64,000 nt of DNA, from contig NC_043015.1 in assembly GCF_006345805.1 (NCBI RefSeq), positions 49,228,001 through 49,292,000 on the forward strand, written 5' to 3'. The stretch comes from Octopus sinensis. Taxonomy: Eukaryota. Numbering within the stretch: position 1 is the first letter of the stretch; each line of letters opens with the position of its first letter. The notes under the pieces were generated by a model. That model was not told the DNA's origin, did no database searches, and was given only the letters and a program-made list of their open reading frames with translations. Both the position numbers and the translations under genes were made by a program. Shown one piece after another: positions 50,059 to 63,289 of this stretch.

Positions 50059-50560
50059 TAGTTGAGGAATAAGTCCACAAAGCAATTTTATTTTGGACAT
50101 GCATTGTGCCACGAGTCACTGACTAGGAACCAACCTGCCAGGAGGTGTAGAGGGAACGGAAGCAAGAGGATATAAAAGAGGTTTGTGAGCTGATGACATC
50201 AAAGAATGGACTGGACTGGAAACAAAAGCAGGTCTGATTGTACGCATGCAGCACGATAGAGAGGGAACTGGAGAGTGAATCTTTTGCTGATTTGACAGGA
50301 TGAACTGGAAAGACAGGGTAACAAATGCTGCCATAGTAGAAAAGCTGAAAGTCCAAAGACACCTATAGTTGAGGAACAAGTCCACAAAGCAATTTTATTT
50401 TGGACATGCACCGTGCCACGAGTCACTGCCTAGGAACCAACCTATCAGGAGGTGTAGAGGGAACAGAAGCAAGAGGATATAGAAGAGGTTTGTGAGTTGA
50501 TGACATCAAAGAATGGACTGGAAACAGAAGCCTGGTTGACTGTATGCATGCAGCACAAAG
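50058..50560. repeat. Two diverged tandem units of about 305 bp
   Basis: tagttgaggaa.aagtccacaaagcaattttattttggacatgca occurs near 50059 and 50366. Confidence 0.8.
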
Positions 50561-51368
50561 GGGAAGAAGCTAAAATGTCATGGCAAGCTGGGCCCTCATA
50601 CACAAGGGAGAGCATGTTATTCAACATGACATTTTTCTGTAGTACCAGAAGCCTCATCATATATAATACAGAGCCCTTGCCATTTATAACATGCATATCA
50701 CTGTGACCGACCAGGCTATCAGACGTTGCTACACATCGCTGGTCACAATGCGCTTCGCATTGTTTTAGCCTCCAAATAATGCCACCCTGCTGACTAAGCG
50801 AGCAGGCCAACAGAAGAAAGAGTGAGAGAAAGTTGTGGCGAAAGAGTACAGCAGGGATCGCCACCACCCCCTGCCGGAGCCTCGAGGAGCTTTAGGTGTT
50901 TTCGCTCAATAAACACTCACAACGCCCAGTCTGGGAATCGAAACCGCGATCCTACTACCGCGAGTACGCTGCCCTAACCACTGGGCCATTGCACCTCCAC
51001 ATAACATGCATATAACTCTCATTATACAATAACTATAGAAACCTGTTGCTGATGCCAGCAAATACTATGTATTAATTGAATACAAAGGCACACATCAAAA
51101 AGAAAATCGGTGAGTTTAAAATTCTAGGTTTTTTTTTTTTATATTAAGTAATCTATGATAGAAAAAAAAAGTATTTTGTTTATTTACAAAAGCATTAAAA
51201 TCAGTGTCATTGCCAAGACAACGACTTAGTTGTAATTTATATTAAAATACAGTTTAAATATCAAAAAAAAATTTTTTAAATATTTTTGAAAAATCAACAG
51301 AAATCTTGGTTTGATGGAATTACAAAATAAACATTGACACAACATTCTGTTTCAACAATATTCAAATA

Positions 51369-52211
51369 TTAACTCTTTAGCATTCTGATCGCTATGTCAA
51401 ATGTATTGATTATATATTGACCTGCTTATAAATTTGCTTTGTTTATATATATATATGTGTGGCTTAGTGGTTAGGGTATTTGGCTTATGATCGTAAGGTC
51501 GTGAGTTCAATTCCCAGTGACGCGTTGTGACCTTGAGCAAAACACTTTATTTCACGTTACTCCAGTCCATTTAGCTGGTAAAAATGAGTAGTATCTGTAT
51601 TTCAAAGGGCCAGCCTTGTCACACTCTGTGTTACGCTGAATCTCCTGAGAACTACGTTAAGGCATAGGAGTGGCTGTGTGGTAAGTAGCTTGCTTACCAA
51701 CCACATGGTTCCAGGTTCAGTCCCACTGCGTGGTACCTTGGGCAAGTGTCTTCTACTATAGCGTCGGGCCAACCAAAGCCTTGTGAGTGGATTTGGTAGG
51801 CGTAAACTGAAAGAAGCCTGCTGTATATATATATATATATATATATGTAAGTGTGTGTGTGTATGTGTATATGTTTGTCCCCCCAACATCGCTTGACAAC
51901 CGATGCTGGTGTGTTTACATCCCCGTAACTTGGCGGTTCGGCAAAAGACACCAATAGAATAAGTACTGGGCTTACAAAGAATAAGTCCTGTGGTCGATTT
52001 GCTCTCAACTAAAGGCAGTGCTCCAGCATGGTCACAGTCAAATGACTGAAACAAGTAAAAGTATATCTTGTAGCTTTGAAATCTTGATGTGATTGTTTAC
52101 ATTTGGAATGACATTATAGGGTAAGTATGAGAGGCCTGATCTGTCAGTTTTAACACAAAATGGACAGAATATTTCGGCTGGATATGGTTGGTTTGAATGC
52201 TAAAGAGTTAA
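51369..52211. mobile_element. TTAA MITE (second family) with two nested SINEs (51455-51660 and 51661-52062)
   Basis: TTAA-ctctttagcatt ... aatgctaaagag-TTAA ends. The interior halves match 42971-43191. Confidence 0.75.
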
Positions 52212-52248
52212 TTCACCAACAAAATTGAATAAAGCAACTGAAGTTAAC

Positions 52249-52330
52249 CTGATGATTCCAGATAATTCGAACATATCTGCCATGAGGTAGGAGAGAAAGG
52301 CACAAGCGAAGACGGTAATTGGTTCCACCA
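52249..52330 (-). CDS. SLC9A: NHE exon C (82 nt, phase 1-2): VVEPITVFACAFLSYLMADMFELSGIIS
   Basis: ttatttacag acceptor, CAG|gttaac donor. Gapless match to NHE1 [28 protein letters not shown]. Confidence 0.95.
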
Positions 52331-52394
52331 CTGTAAATAACAAGAAAACAAGAGAGATTAGAGTTTATCATGCTGGAGTAATTTTCAAAGAATA

Positions 52395-52628
52395 TGAGGT
52401 GGGGTGGTGCTGCAAAGTTCCTAGCTTTGGGAAAAAAGAAACGCAGGAGGATCGGTTAATCATGATTTTATTCAACATATTACCCTCTCAGATTCATACA
52501 GTTATTGCAGTGGTCCTTCAGTTTTTCTAAGCCTTGTAAAAGAACTCGGAAGGTTGGGCCTTCAACCAGGCCTTTTGTGATAATCTTTAAGTCAGGAACA
52601 TTTCCAGGAACATTTCAGTACACCCTTG
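52395..52628. mobile_element. Degenerate mariner-like MITE
   Basis: TA-tgagg..ggtgctgcaaagttcct ... aggaacatttcagtacacccttg-TA imperfect TIRs. Confidence 0.6.
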
Positions 52629-53538
52629 TATATATGTGTGTGTGTGTGTGTATGGAGGCACAATGGCCCAGTGGTTAGGGCAGCGGACTTGCGGTTGTAG
52701 CATCGCGGTTTTGATTCCCAGACCGGGCGTTGTGAGTGTCTATTGAGTGAAAACACCTAAAGCTCCATGAGGCTCTGGCAGAGGATGGTGGCAAACCCTC
52801 GAGAGTGTAGCGGGTGCTTTTTACATGCCACTGGCCCAGGGCCCAGAGGGGGCTGGCATCGACTATGTTTGGATGGTGCTTTTACGTGCCACTAGCATGG
52901 GAGCCAGTCCAAGTGGCGCTGGCATTGGCTACGTTTGGATGGTGCTTCTTATGTGCCACCAGCACAGGAGCCAGTCGGGGCGAGGGGGCTGGCATTGAAC
53001 ATGTTCGGATGGTGCTTTTTATGTGCAAATGGCATTGGGAGCCAGACAGGTGGTGCTGGCATCAGCCCCTGGCATCAGCCCCTGGCATCAGCCCCTGGCA
53101 TCAGCCCCAATTACAATTTCCATTTGATTGTGATTTGATTTGATTTTGATGTACTTGACTCAATAGGTCACCTCAAGCACGACATGTCACCCTATGATCC
53201 AAAGGTACTTTTCTGAGTGGGCTAGTTATGCAACACTAGTGTAGGTTACAGCTGTGAACTCACTTTATCTGCCGGGTCTTCTCAGTCACAACATATCTGC
53301 AGAGGTCTTGGCCTTTCATCATTGCCTCTGTGAGGCCCAAAGTTCGAAGGTCTGTGGTCAATAATGTTTATGACACAAGTGCCGCTTTTGATTTGTAACT
53401 GAATACACACACAAACACACACACAATATAGGCCTGCTTGCTTAGCCAGTTCAGTGGCATCACTTGGAAGCTAAAACAGTGTGAAGCGCATTGTGACCAG
53501 TGATATATAACAACACACAACAGCCTGGTTCTTATCAT

Positions 53539-53595
<57 letters not shown>

Positions 53596-53604
53596 TATAT
53601 ATAT

Positions 53605-53638
<34 letters not shown>

Positions 53639-53693
53639 ATATATATCATATATATATATATATATTATATATATTATATATATATATATATCA

Positions 53694-54957
53694 TCTCTTA
53701 TTATAAAAGGCAGATTTTATCTGCCTCTCTTTGTAACTTATAGAAATCTACAATATAGGATTTCTTCAATTACAATTTACCTAGCATTTTTAAGAGTAGA
53801 ATGCATCGGGTCATGCCAGGTCCAGTTTTTAAAATTTAAACTCCAATTAAGCAAAATTTACAGAAAACTCACATTCTGGTGTGTATGTCCAATGCTTTTC
53901 TTAATGTGGTTTACACCACACGCAAACGCACACACACACAAACGGAGCGAACTTTCACTGACGCTATCACCCTTCTCCTCCTTTGTCTTTGCAAGTTTGC
54001 AGCTATTAAAGTGAAAACAGTGAATCCGACAGCGATAAAGAAAACGAATTGGTACCTGAATGGAGTGAAAATTTAAAAACTGTTTCTTTCGGTGATTTTT
54101 CTGAAGAAACTGCACCAAGCCACAGACTTTCCCAGGAGAGTAAAGCCTTAGACTATTTCTTTTTACTTTTTCGAATGAGCCTATTTGAAATCATTACCGC
54201 AGAAACGAACCGTTACGCTAAACGTAAACAAAACGAAAGAAAGGATAGTTTGTTATTTCCCACAACCTTAAATTAAATTAAGGCCTATTTTGCCATAAAT
54301 ATTATTATGGGTATCAGAAAGTTACCCAGAAAAACAAATTCTATCGTAAAATTTTGTTGTATACCCAATTGAATATTAGCTAATAACCCATTTTCTATAG
54401 CGATGTTTGAACAAAATTTTAATAACTTTATATATTGTTGAATTTACCTGTATCTACCTGCAATTAGAGTCACTTTGTGACAAAAATTATAGTATAGAAT
54501 TGGTTGAGGACATTTCATTAAATTATCTTCCAAAAATCACATTAATATATTGATAAATAAAAAAGTTATTGTTGTTTAATGAAACCAGACTAAATTTATG
54601 ATTACGTTAGAAATTAATTGAAACACATAAGGGGTGTATTTTGGCCAAAACCGGGTATCTTATAGTCGTGAGTCATATCGAGCCCTTCTGGGTATTAGCG
54701 CGCGTCTACGATGAGTCTACGATTTAAAAAAATTTACCATCATATTTTTCCATTTTAATGCATTTTTTTCGCTATTATATAAGGGAAGTAACTCTCTAAA
54801 AATATCTACGATGTGTCAACGATTTAAAAAGAAATTTACCTTAATTTTTTTTCCATTTTTAATGCATTTTTTTCCTATTTTTTGGCTATAACTCTCTAAA
54901 AATGCTTATATAGTTATTTCCCTTACAAACTCGAGCAACGCCGGGCGATACTGCTAG
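53694..54957 (+). mobile_element. Non-autonomous Helitron-like element, copy 2, with piggyBac-derived cargo
   Basis: A|TC 5' end, subterminal gagcaacgccgggcg and canonical CTAG|T 3' end. Block 54650-54770 matches 10575-10690. Confidence 0.72.
54049..54378 (+). pseudogene. piggyBac/PGBD-type transposase N-terminal fragment
   Basis: ALDYFFLLF..LFEIITAETNRYA...FPTTLN*IKAYFAINIIMGIRKLP matches the PLD.F.LF...I..ETNRYA...E.KAF.G..I.MG...P signature. One in-frame TAA. Confidence 0.8.
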
Positions 54958-54959
54958 TA

Positions 54960-55004
<45 letters not shown>

Positions 55005-55023
55005 ATATATATATATATATATG

Positions 55024-55058
<35 letters not shown>

Positions 55059-56251
55059 TGACAGGCTTTTTTCAGTTTCCATCTACTGGGTCCCCTCACA
55101 AGGTTTTGAATGGCCAGGGACTGAAATGGGAAACACTTGCCTAAAGCGCCACACAGTGGGATTGGACCCAAGACAATTTAGTTTGGAAGTAAACATCTTA
55201 TCCACACAACCATGCCTAGGCCTACAATTATGAAGAGGCAAATGTTTCATCATTTAACGAGACAAATAAGCAATTATGTCAATTAAACAAGACTCCCTGG
55301 CCATGAGAATCTAGCTTTAAGTACAGATCAAATTTGATAAAGATAGAACTGGGACACATTAGACTCACAAACATATAATTAAACAAATATTTCAAGATTG
55401 CATCTGTAGAACTAGGATATGGAAATAATTCCATTTGTTATTTTATGGGATGGCTAATTAGTTTCGGTTAATAAAGAGACACATTCCACTATGTTAGGGT
55501 TCATCGTTAACATAACGAGGCAGTATTAAACATCAAAGGCATCTTCAAAAATTGCAAACAATTAGAGATAATCATTTCTTTTTTTTTCTCTTTCTTTTTC
55601 TTGCTTCAGTTGTTGGAGTGTGGCCATGCTGGAGCACCACCTTGTAGGGTTTAGTCAAACAAACTGATCCCAGTATTTTGGTGGTGGGGAGCAGGGATCT
55701 GGTACTTATTCTATTAGGCTGAACCACTAAGTTACAGGGACACAAGTGGTGGTGGTGGGGAGAAACACAGATACAAAAACACACACACACACATAGATAT
55801 ACATACATATAAACACACATACACATGCATACATATACATAAATACATATAGATATATACAGCTGCATACATACATACATATACTTACAGATAAATAGAT
55901 ACATATATACACATGCATACTTACATACATACACATACATAAACATATATACATACACACAAATACATACACATACATGCATTTATACACAAACACACAC
56001 ATAATTACATACATACATATATATATCATTGCCAGTACTGCCTGACTGGCCCCCGTGCCGGTGGCATGTAAAAGCACCCACAACACTCTCAGAGTGGTTG
56101 GCATTAGGAAGGGCATCCAGCTGTAGAAACATTGCCAGATGAAGACTGGAGCATGGTGCAGCCACCTGGTTCGCCAGCCCACAGTCAAACCGTCTAACCC
56201 ATGCTAGCATGGAAAACGGACGTTAAACGATGATGATGATGATGATGATGA

Positions 56252-56294
<43 letters not shown>

Positions 56295-57970
56295 ACTACG
56301 CACATGCATGATGGGTTTCCACAGTTTTCATCTACCAAATTCGCTCACAAAGCACTGGTCAGCACAGGGCTGGCTATAGTAGAAGACATTTGTCCAAGGC
56401 GCTGTGCTGTGGAATTGAACCTGGAAGCACCAGGTTGCAAGGTGAGCTTGGAAATTGTTTTCCTGATCATTTAGTCAAAAAGGGGATGGACAGAGCCCAT
56501 GACCCGTTTTTTCGAGCCCCTGAAACTGGTTGAAGCGGTGGGGGGGGGGAATGTGACAGGGTACACCTGCCATACAAGACCGATGTATTAACCACCACTG
56601 CCACCACTACCACTACCATCACTACTGCTTCAATCACCACCACCACCACCACCACCATCACTGCCACCACTACCCCTACCGTCACTACTAATTTCATCAC
56701 CACCACCACCACTACTGCTTTCATTACCATCACCACTATTGCTGCCGCCAACACCACCACCACCACCACCACCACAGCCGCCGCCGCCATTGCTGTCACC
56801 ACCACCGCTGCCACCATACACACATAAATACACTGTATATAGTATTCACATGATGGCTGTCCCCGTAACTTAACCCTTCAGCAAAAGAGACCAATAAAAT
56901 AAGTAACAAACTTTAAAAAGTAAGTGTTAGAGTTGATTTTTTTCCCACTAAAATTCTTCAAGGCAAGTGCCACAGCATGGCTGCAGTCTAATGACTGAAA
57001 CAAGTAAAAGGTAAAAGATATATGCTTCATATTTAAAGATGGTAGATATACATAAAGATCAAAGACAGGAGATTTGGGCACCTGAAACCATACAGCAACA
57101 GCAAGATTTGAGGGACCACAGAGAGAAAACTGCAGAGAAACCATGGCTTGAAAAAAAATATTTATTTTAAGGCGCAGGAGTGGCTGTGTGGTAAGTAGCT
57201 TGCTTACTAACCACATGGTTCTGGGTTCAGTCCCACTGTGTGGCACCTTGGGCAAGTGTCTTTTACTATAGCCCTGGGCTAACCAAAGCATTCTGAGTGG
57301 ATTTGGTAGATAGAAACTGAAAGAAGCCCGTGCTGCTGGCACGTGAAAAGAAGTATCCGAATGTGATCAATGCCAGAGCCACCTGACTGGCTCCCATGCC
57401 AGTGACATGTAAAAAGCACCATCCGAAAATGGTTGATGCAAGTGCCCCCCGACTGGCTCCAGTACTGGTAGCATGTAAAGAGCACTATCTGAACATGATC
57501 GATGCCAGGCAGTCTGATTGGCTCCTGTGCTGGGGGTATGTAAAAAGCACTCACTACACTCTTGGAATGGTTGGCATTAGGAATGGCATCCAGCTGTAGA
57601 AACATTGCCACATCAGATTGGAGCCTGGTGCAGCCGTTGGCTCTCCAGACCTCAGTCAAACTGTCCAACCCATGCTAGCATGGAAAACGAATGTTAAACA
57701 ATAATGATGATGATGATGATGATGTATATGTTTGTGTGTCTGTGTTTGTCTCCCCCACCATTGCCTGACAACCGATGTTGGTGTGTTTACATCCCTGTAA
57801 GGTTTGACAAAAGAGACCAATAGAATATGTACTAGGCTTACAAAGAGTAAGTCCTGGAGTCGATTTGTTTGACTAAAAGCAGTGCTCCAGCTTGGCCACA
57901 GCCAAATGACTGAAACAAGTAAAAGAGTACAAGGGTAAGTCAACAGAATATATATTATGTTTTATCTCAC

Positions 57971-58082
57971 CTTTTACGTGGTAGGTATATTTTGTGAGTA
58001 CGGCTGACAAGATACCGACGAGAATTCCCACAAGCAAGCCTCCAACAGAAACCACTAGAAATTTCACAACTCCTAAGAATAT
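57971..58082 (-). CDS. SLC9A: NHE exon B (112 nt, phase 0-1): IFLGVVKFLVVSVGGLLVGILVGILSAVLTKYTYHVK
   Basis: ttccacag acceptor, AAG|gtgaga donor. Matches the NHE1 IFLGFLSFFVVALGGVLVG...TSHIR transmembrane segment. Confidence 0.95.
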
Positions 58083-58126
58083 CTGTGGAAGTAAAACAAA
58101 AATGAGGGGTTAAAAATAATAACAAT

Positions 58127-58218
<92 letters not shown>

Positions 58219-58913
58219 GATCATCTTTAAGAACTTTAATATCTACACTTTACTGAGAATAGCCACATACGTAAAAAATTTCTCTGCAAGAACACTCTTG
58301 AACGCCTCTGGCTATCTTTACAGGCTTAAAAACTTGATTATATTCAGTTTTCTCTGGACGAACACACAAATGATCATCTTTAAAAACTTTAATATCTACA
58401 ATCTTATGGAAAAAAAAAAACTTTAAATTGCTAAACACACACAAACAATCATCTTTAATATATACATTGTACTGTGAATAGCCAAATATGAAAAAAAACC
58501 AGAAATTTCTACAAGAACACTCTTAAACGCCGCCGGATAACTAATTTAAGCAATTTATATATATAGAAATTATATATATGTGAGTGTGAGTGTGTGCATT
58601 TTATTTCTGTCTTTCTATCGGTAATTAAAACGCACAAGGTGAGTTGGTAGTAAACACATATTTGACCTCTGTTGACCACTCCTTTGCTGGACCACATGGG
58701 TACAATCACTCTTTCACCCCTCGCCTACTCCTATTGAGTAGACTAATGATATCTAACTGTATGACTGCCATCCTGCCTATCTACTGCCAATCTGCCCCCT
58801 CCTTCCTCTAAATAATAATAATAATAGACTGTTGCCATGACTACAAGGAGTGACCACAGGCCAGCTATGATAACAATGATAATAATAATAAATAATAAAT
58901 AATAATAATAATG

Positions 58914-58944
<31 letters not shown>

Positions 58945-58952
58945 TGATGATG

Positions 58953-58999
<47 letters not shown>

Positions 59000-59004
<5 letters not shown>

Positions 59005-59292
59005 CAACAATATAATAATGAGCTTCTCTGCCCTAGGTGTATGGAAAACACTCCACGAGAAACGGAGGAAAATTTGAAAAAAGAAGGAAAAAACATAATA
59101 ATAATAATAATAATCCTTTCTACTATTGGCACAAGGCCTGAAAGTTTTGGGGGAGGGGTCTAGTCCATTACATCGACTCCAATGTGTAACTGGTACCCAT
59201 TTTATTGACCCTGAAAGGATGAAAGGCAGAGTCAACGTTGGTGGAATTTGAACTCAAGTATTTTGTCCAGTGTGCTAAGGATTTTGCCAGCT

Positions 59293-59356
<64 letters not shown>

Positions 59357-60215
59357 TAATAATTATAAGAATATCAAGAGCACTTAGAGAGTGCAAACCT
59401 CCGCCAAGGCAGCACCAACATCCTCTCAATGATTAGCCAGAGATGATTTTTAAAATGAGAATATCTGCGGTGATGTGGCCGATGACAGTACCGCCTGATT
59501 GGCACTCGTGCCAGTGGAACGTTAAAAGCACATCCGAGTATGCTCATTGCCAGGACCACAGGTTGGCTCCCGTGCTGGTGGCATGTAAAAAAAAAACATT
59601 TGAGCGTGATCGTTGCCAGCGTCACCTTACCGGCACATAAAAAACAACATTTGCGCGTGTTCATTGCCAGTGCCGCCAGACTTGTTCACATGCAGGTAGA
59701 ACATAAAAAACACCTTTTGAACATGGTCGTTGTCAGAACCGCATGACTGGCCCTCGTGCCGGTGACATGTAAAAGCACCCACTACAATCTTGGAGTGGTT
59801 GGCATTAGGAAAAACATCCAAGTGTAGAAACTTTGCCAAATCAGATTGAGCTTTCTGGCTCACCAGTCCTCAGTCAAACTGTCCAACCCATGCCAGCATA
59901 GAAAGTGGATGTTAAACAATGACAATGATGATGATGATCATCATGAAACTCGACTGCTCTCACAAACAAGAATACTAAAAATGAACCCGACCGCTCTCAA
60001 AAATTAAGTAAAAAATCTGGAAAAATAAATAAAGCCAGAATCCTTGTCCAGTACTGGATCGATCCCAAAACCTAATCAGTTCATGCCAGCCATGAGGCCA
60101 AACATCTCTGAAAGTTTCATTCGAATCCATCAAGCGGTTCTTGAGATATCTAGTCCACGGACAAATAAACAAATGCAATCGGAAACAATACCTCTGCCTT
60201 CGCTAAGGCGGAAGC

Positions 60216-60262
<47 letters not shown>

Positions 60263-60348
60263 CAATATAATAATGAGCTTCTCTGCCCTATGTGTATGGA
60301 AAACACTCCGCGAGAAACGGAAGAAAATTTGAAGAAAGAAGGAAAAAC

Positions 60349-60386
<38 letters not shown>

Positions 60387-60564
60387 CCTTTCTACTATCG
60401 GCACAAGGCCTGAAATTTTGGGGGGAGGGGTCTAGTCCATTACATCGACTCCAATGTGTAACTGGTACTCATTTTATTGACCCTGAAAGGATGAAAGGCA
60501 GAGTCAACGTTGGTGGAATTTGAACTCAAGCATTTTGTCCAGTGTGCTAACGATTTTGCCAGCT

Positions 60565-60612
<48 letters not shown>

Positions 60613-61500
60613 TTAATAATAATGATAATAATTATAAGAATAACAAGAGCACTTAGAGAGTGCAAACCTCCACCAAGGCAGCACCAACATCCTCTCAATG
60701 ATTAGCCAGAGATGATTTTTAAAATGAGAATATCTGCGGTGATGTGGCCGATGACAGTACCACCTGATTGGCACTCGTGCCAGTGGAACGTTAAAAGCAC
60801 ATCCGAGTATGCTCATTGCCAGGACCACAGGTTGGCTCCCGTGCTGGTGGCATGTAAAAAAAAAACATTTGAGCGTGATCGTTGCCAGCGTCACCTTACC
60901 GGCACATAAAAAACAACATTTGAGCGTGTTCATTGCCAGTGCCGCCGCACTGGTTCCCATGCAGGTAGAACATAAAAAACATCTTTTGAGCATGGTCGTT
61001 GTCAGAACTGCATGACTGGCCCTCGTGCCGGTGACATGTAAAAGCACCCACTACAATCTTGGAGTGGTTGGCATTAGGAAAAACATCCAAGTGTAGAAAC
61101 TTTGCCAAATCAGATTGAGTCTGGTGCAGCCTTCTGGCTCACCAGTCCTCAGTCAAACTGTCCAACCCATGCCAGCATGGAAAGCGGACGTTAAACAACG
61201 ACAATGATGATGATGATCATCATGAAACTCGACTGCTCTCACAAACAAGAATACTAAAAATGAACCCGACCGCTCTCAAAAATTAAGTAAAAAATCTGGA
61301 AAAATAAATAAAGCCAGAATCCTTGTCCAGTACTGGATCGATCCCAAAACCTAATCAGTTCATGCCAGCCTTGAGGCCAAACATCTCTGAAAGTTTCATC
61401 CAAATCCATCCAGCGGTTCTTGAGATATCTTGTCCACGGACAAATAAACAAATGCAATCGGAAACAATACCTCTGCCTTCGCTAAGGCGGAAGCAATAAT
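59000..61500. repeat. Tandem duplication, about 1.27 kb period, bounded by (AAT)n tracts
   Basis: Paired ORFs offset by 1269-1279. Scattered substitutions and a 10-bp indel between copies. Confidence 0.95.
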
Positions 61501-61543
61501 AATAATAATAATGATAATAATAATAACAATAATAATGATGATG

Positions 61544-61577
<34 letters not shown>

Positions 61578-61617
61578 TAATAATAATAATAATAATAAAA
61601 TAATAATAATAATAATG

Positions 61618-61648
<31 letters not shown>

Positions 61649-61709
61649 TAATAATGATGATGATAATAATAATAATAATAATAATAATATAATAATAATA
61701 ATAATAATG

Positions 61710-61764
<55 letters not shown>

Positions 61765-61780
61765 TGATAATGATAATAAT
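61495..61780. repeat. Long (AAT)n microsatellite, representative of dozens of (TA)n, (CA)n, (AAT)n and (GAT)n tracts
   Basis: Direct reading. Other large tracts include (TA)n at 15773-15832, 16138-16222, 18715-18812 and 53540-53690, and CA-rich 11905-12320. Confidence 0.97.
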
Positions 61781-62874
61781 GTGGCAAACTGGCAGAATTA
61801 TGAGCATGCTGGGCAAAATGATGAATAGAATTTTTTCTGGTTTTATGTTCTAAGTTCAAACTCTGCTGAGCTAAACTATAACTTGCATGCTTCTAGTGAT
61901 GATAAATTAAGGTCCGGTCAAGCACTGGCATTGATGTCATCAACTAGTCTCCTACCCCCAAATTGCAGGCCTTACACCAAAATTCAAAAGAAATATTATT
62001 ATTATTATTACCATTATTATTATTAAGGCAGCAAGGTGGCAGACATGTCGGGTGAAATGCTTAGCAGTATTTCGTGCATCCTTATGTTCTGAGTTCAAAT
62101 TCTGCCGAGGTCGACTTTGCCTTTCATCCTTTTGGGGTCGATGAAATAAGTACCAGTGAAACACTGGGGTCGATCTAATCGACTAGCTCTCTCCCACCAA
62201 ATATCAGGCCTTGAGCCTATGGTGGAAAGGGCCACCACCACCACCACCACCACCACCACCATCATCCTTATTAAGGCAGCAAGGTGGCAGAATTGTTAAC
62301 ATACCAGACAAAATGTTTGGCAGCATCTTGTCTGTCTTAATGTTCTGGGTTCAAATTCTGCTGAGATCAGCTTTACCTGTCATACTTCTGGGTTTGATGA
62401 AATAATTACCTGTCATATACTGGGGTTGTGGTAACCGACTAGTCCCTCTCTCCAAAATATAGTGGAAAGCATTATTATCATCATTATTAAGGCAATGGAT
62501 TGACAGAATTGTTAGCACAGAGGTTAAAAAGCTTAGCAGATTTTACTCGTCTTTATGTTCTGAGTTCAAATTCTGCCAAGGTCGACAAGGTCTTTCAACC
62601 TTTTGGGGTTGATCAAATAAGTACCAGTTGAATACTGGGGTTGATGCTATGATAAGCCTTGTACCTATCATAGAACGAATTATCATTATTACCTCTGTCT
62701 TAGCGAAGGCAGAGGTGTTGTTTTCGGTCGTGTTAGTTTGTCTGTGGACAAGGTATCTCAAGAACCACTGGATGGATTCGGATGAAACTTCCAGGGATGT
62801 TTGGCCTTGTGACTAGCATGAACTGAAGCAGACATTTTACCACACATCTACACCTGTGCCTCCGCTGTACTCAC

Positions 62875-62920
62875 CTCTAGCGAACCAATACTATCCATTT
62901 GGTTATAGGCTTGCATCACA
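62875..62920 (-). CDS. SLC9A: Na+/H+ exchanger exon A (first in window; 46 nt, phase 2-0): VMQAYNQMDSIGSLE
   Basis: Acceptor ttctctacag, donor GAG|gtgagt. Joins in frame to IFLG of the next exon, at the position of NHE1 HLFEEFANYEHVGIVD. Confidence 0.8.
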
Positions 62921-63056
62921 CTGTAGAGAACAACTGACACACCATCTGCAAGACATAATTGTGGAGATATATGGTACATGGAAGAGACAAGTTGGTGTCT
63001 TGAGCTGTTACTAGAAGGACTTCAGGATTTCAGTCATGCCCTTATCTAAACCTGTT

Positions 63057-63289
63057 TCTTTATTGCCCACAAGGGGCTAAACATAGAGGGGACAAACAAG
63101 GACAGACAAACGGATTAAGTCAATTACATCGACTCCAGTGCATAACTGGTACTTAATTTATCGACCCCGAAAGGATGAAAGGCAAAGTCGACCTCGGCGG
63201 AATTTGAACTCAGAACGTAACGGCAGATGAAATACCGCTAAGCATTTCGCCCGGCGGGCTAACGTTTCTGCCAGCTCGCCGCCTTATTG
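63057..63289 (-). mobile_element. SINE family A monomer (tRNA-like head; gtcgactttgcctttcatcctttcggggtcgat core) with 12-bp TSD
   Basis: tctaaacctgtt at 63045-63056 and 63290-63301. Many further copies or fragments, e.g. 770-910, 9715-9890, 22290-22495, 43925-44165, 61960-62640. Confidence 0.9.

Noticed and set aside
50180-50240. CTGATGA...GAAA in the 305-bp repeat
   Set aside because: The stems flanking the core do not form, and the second copy has TTGATGA.
36500-52650. Many exons have a transposon within about 150 bp
   Set aside because: Expected from the very high TE density; no evidence of targeting without a statistical test.
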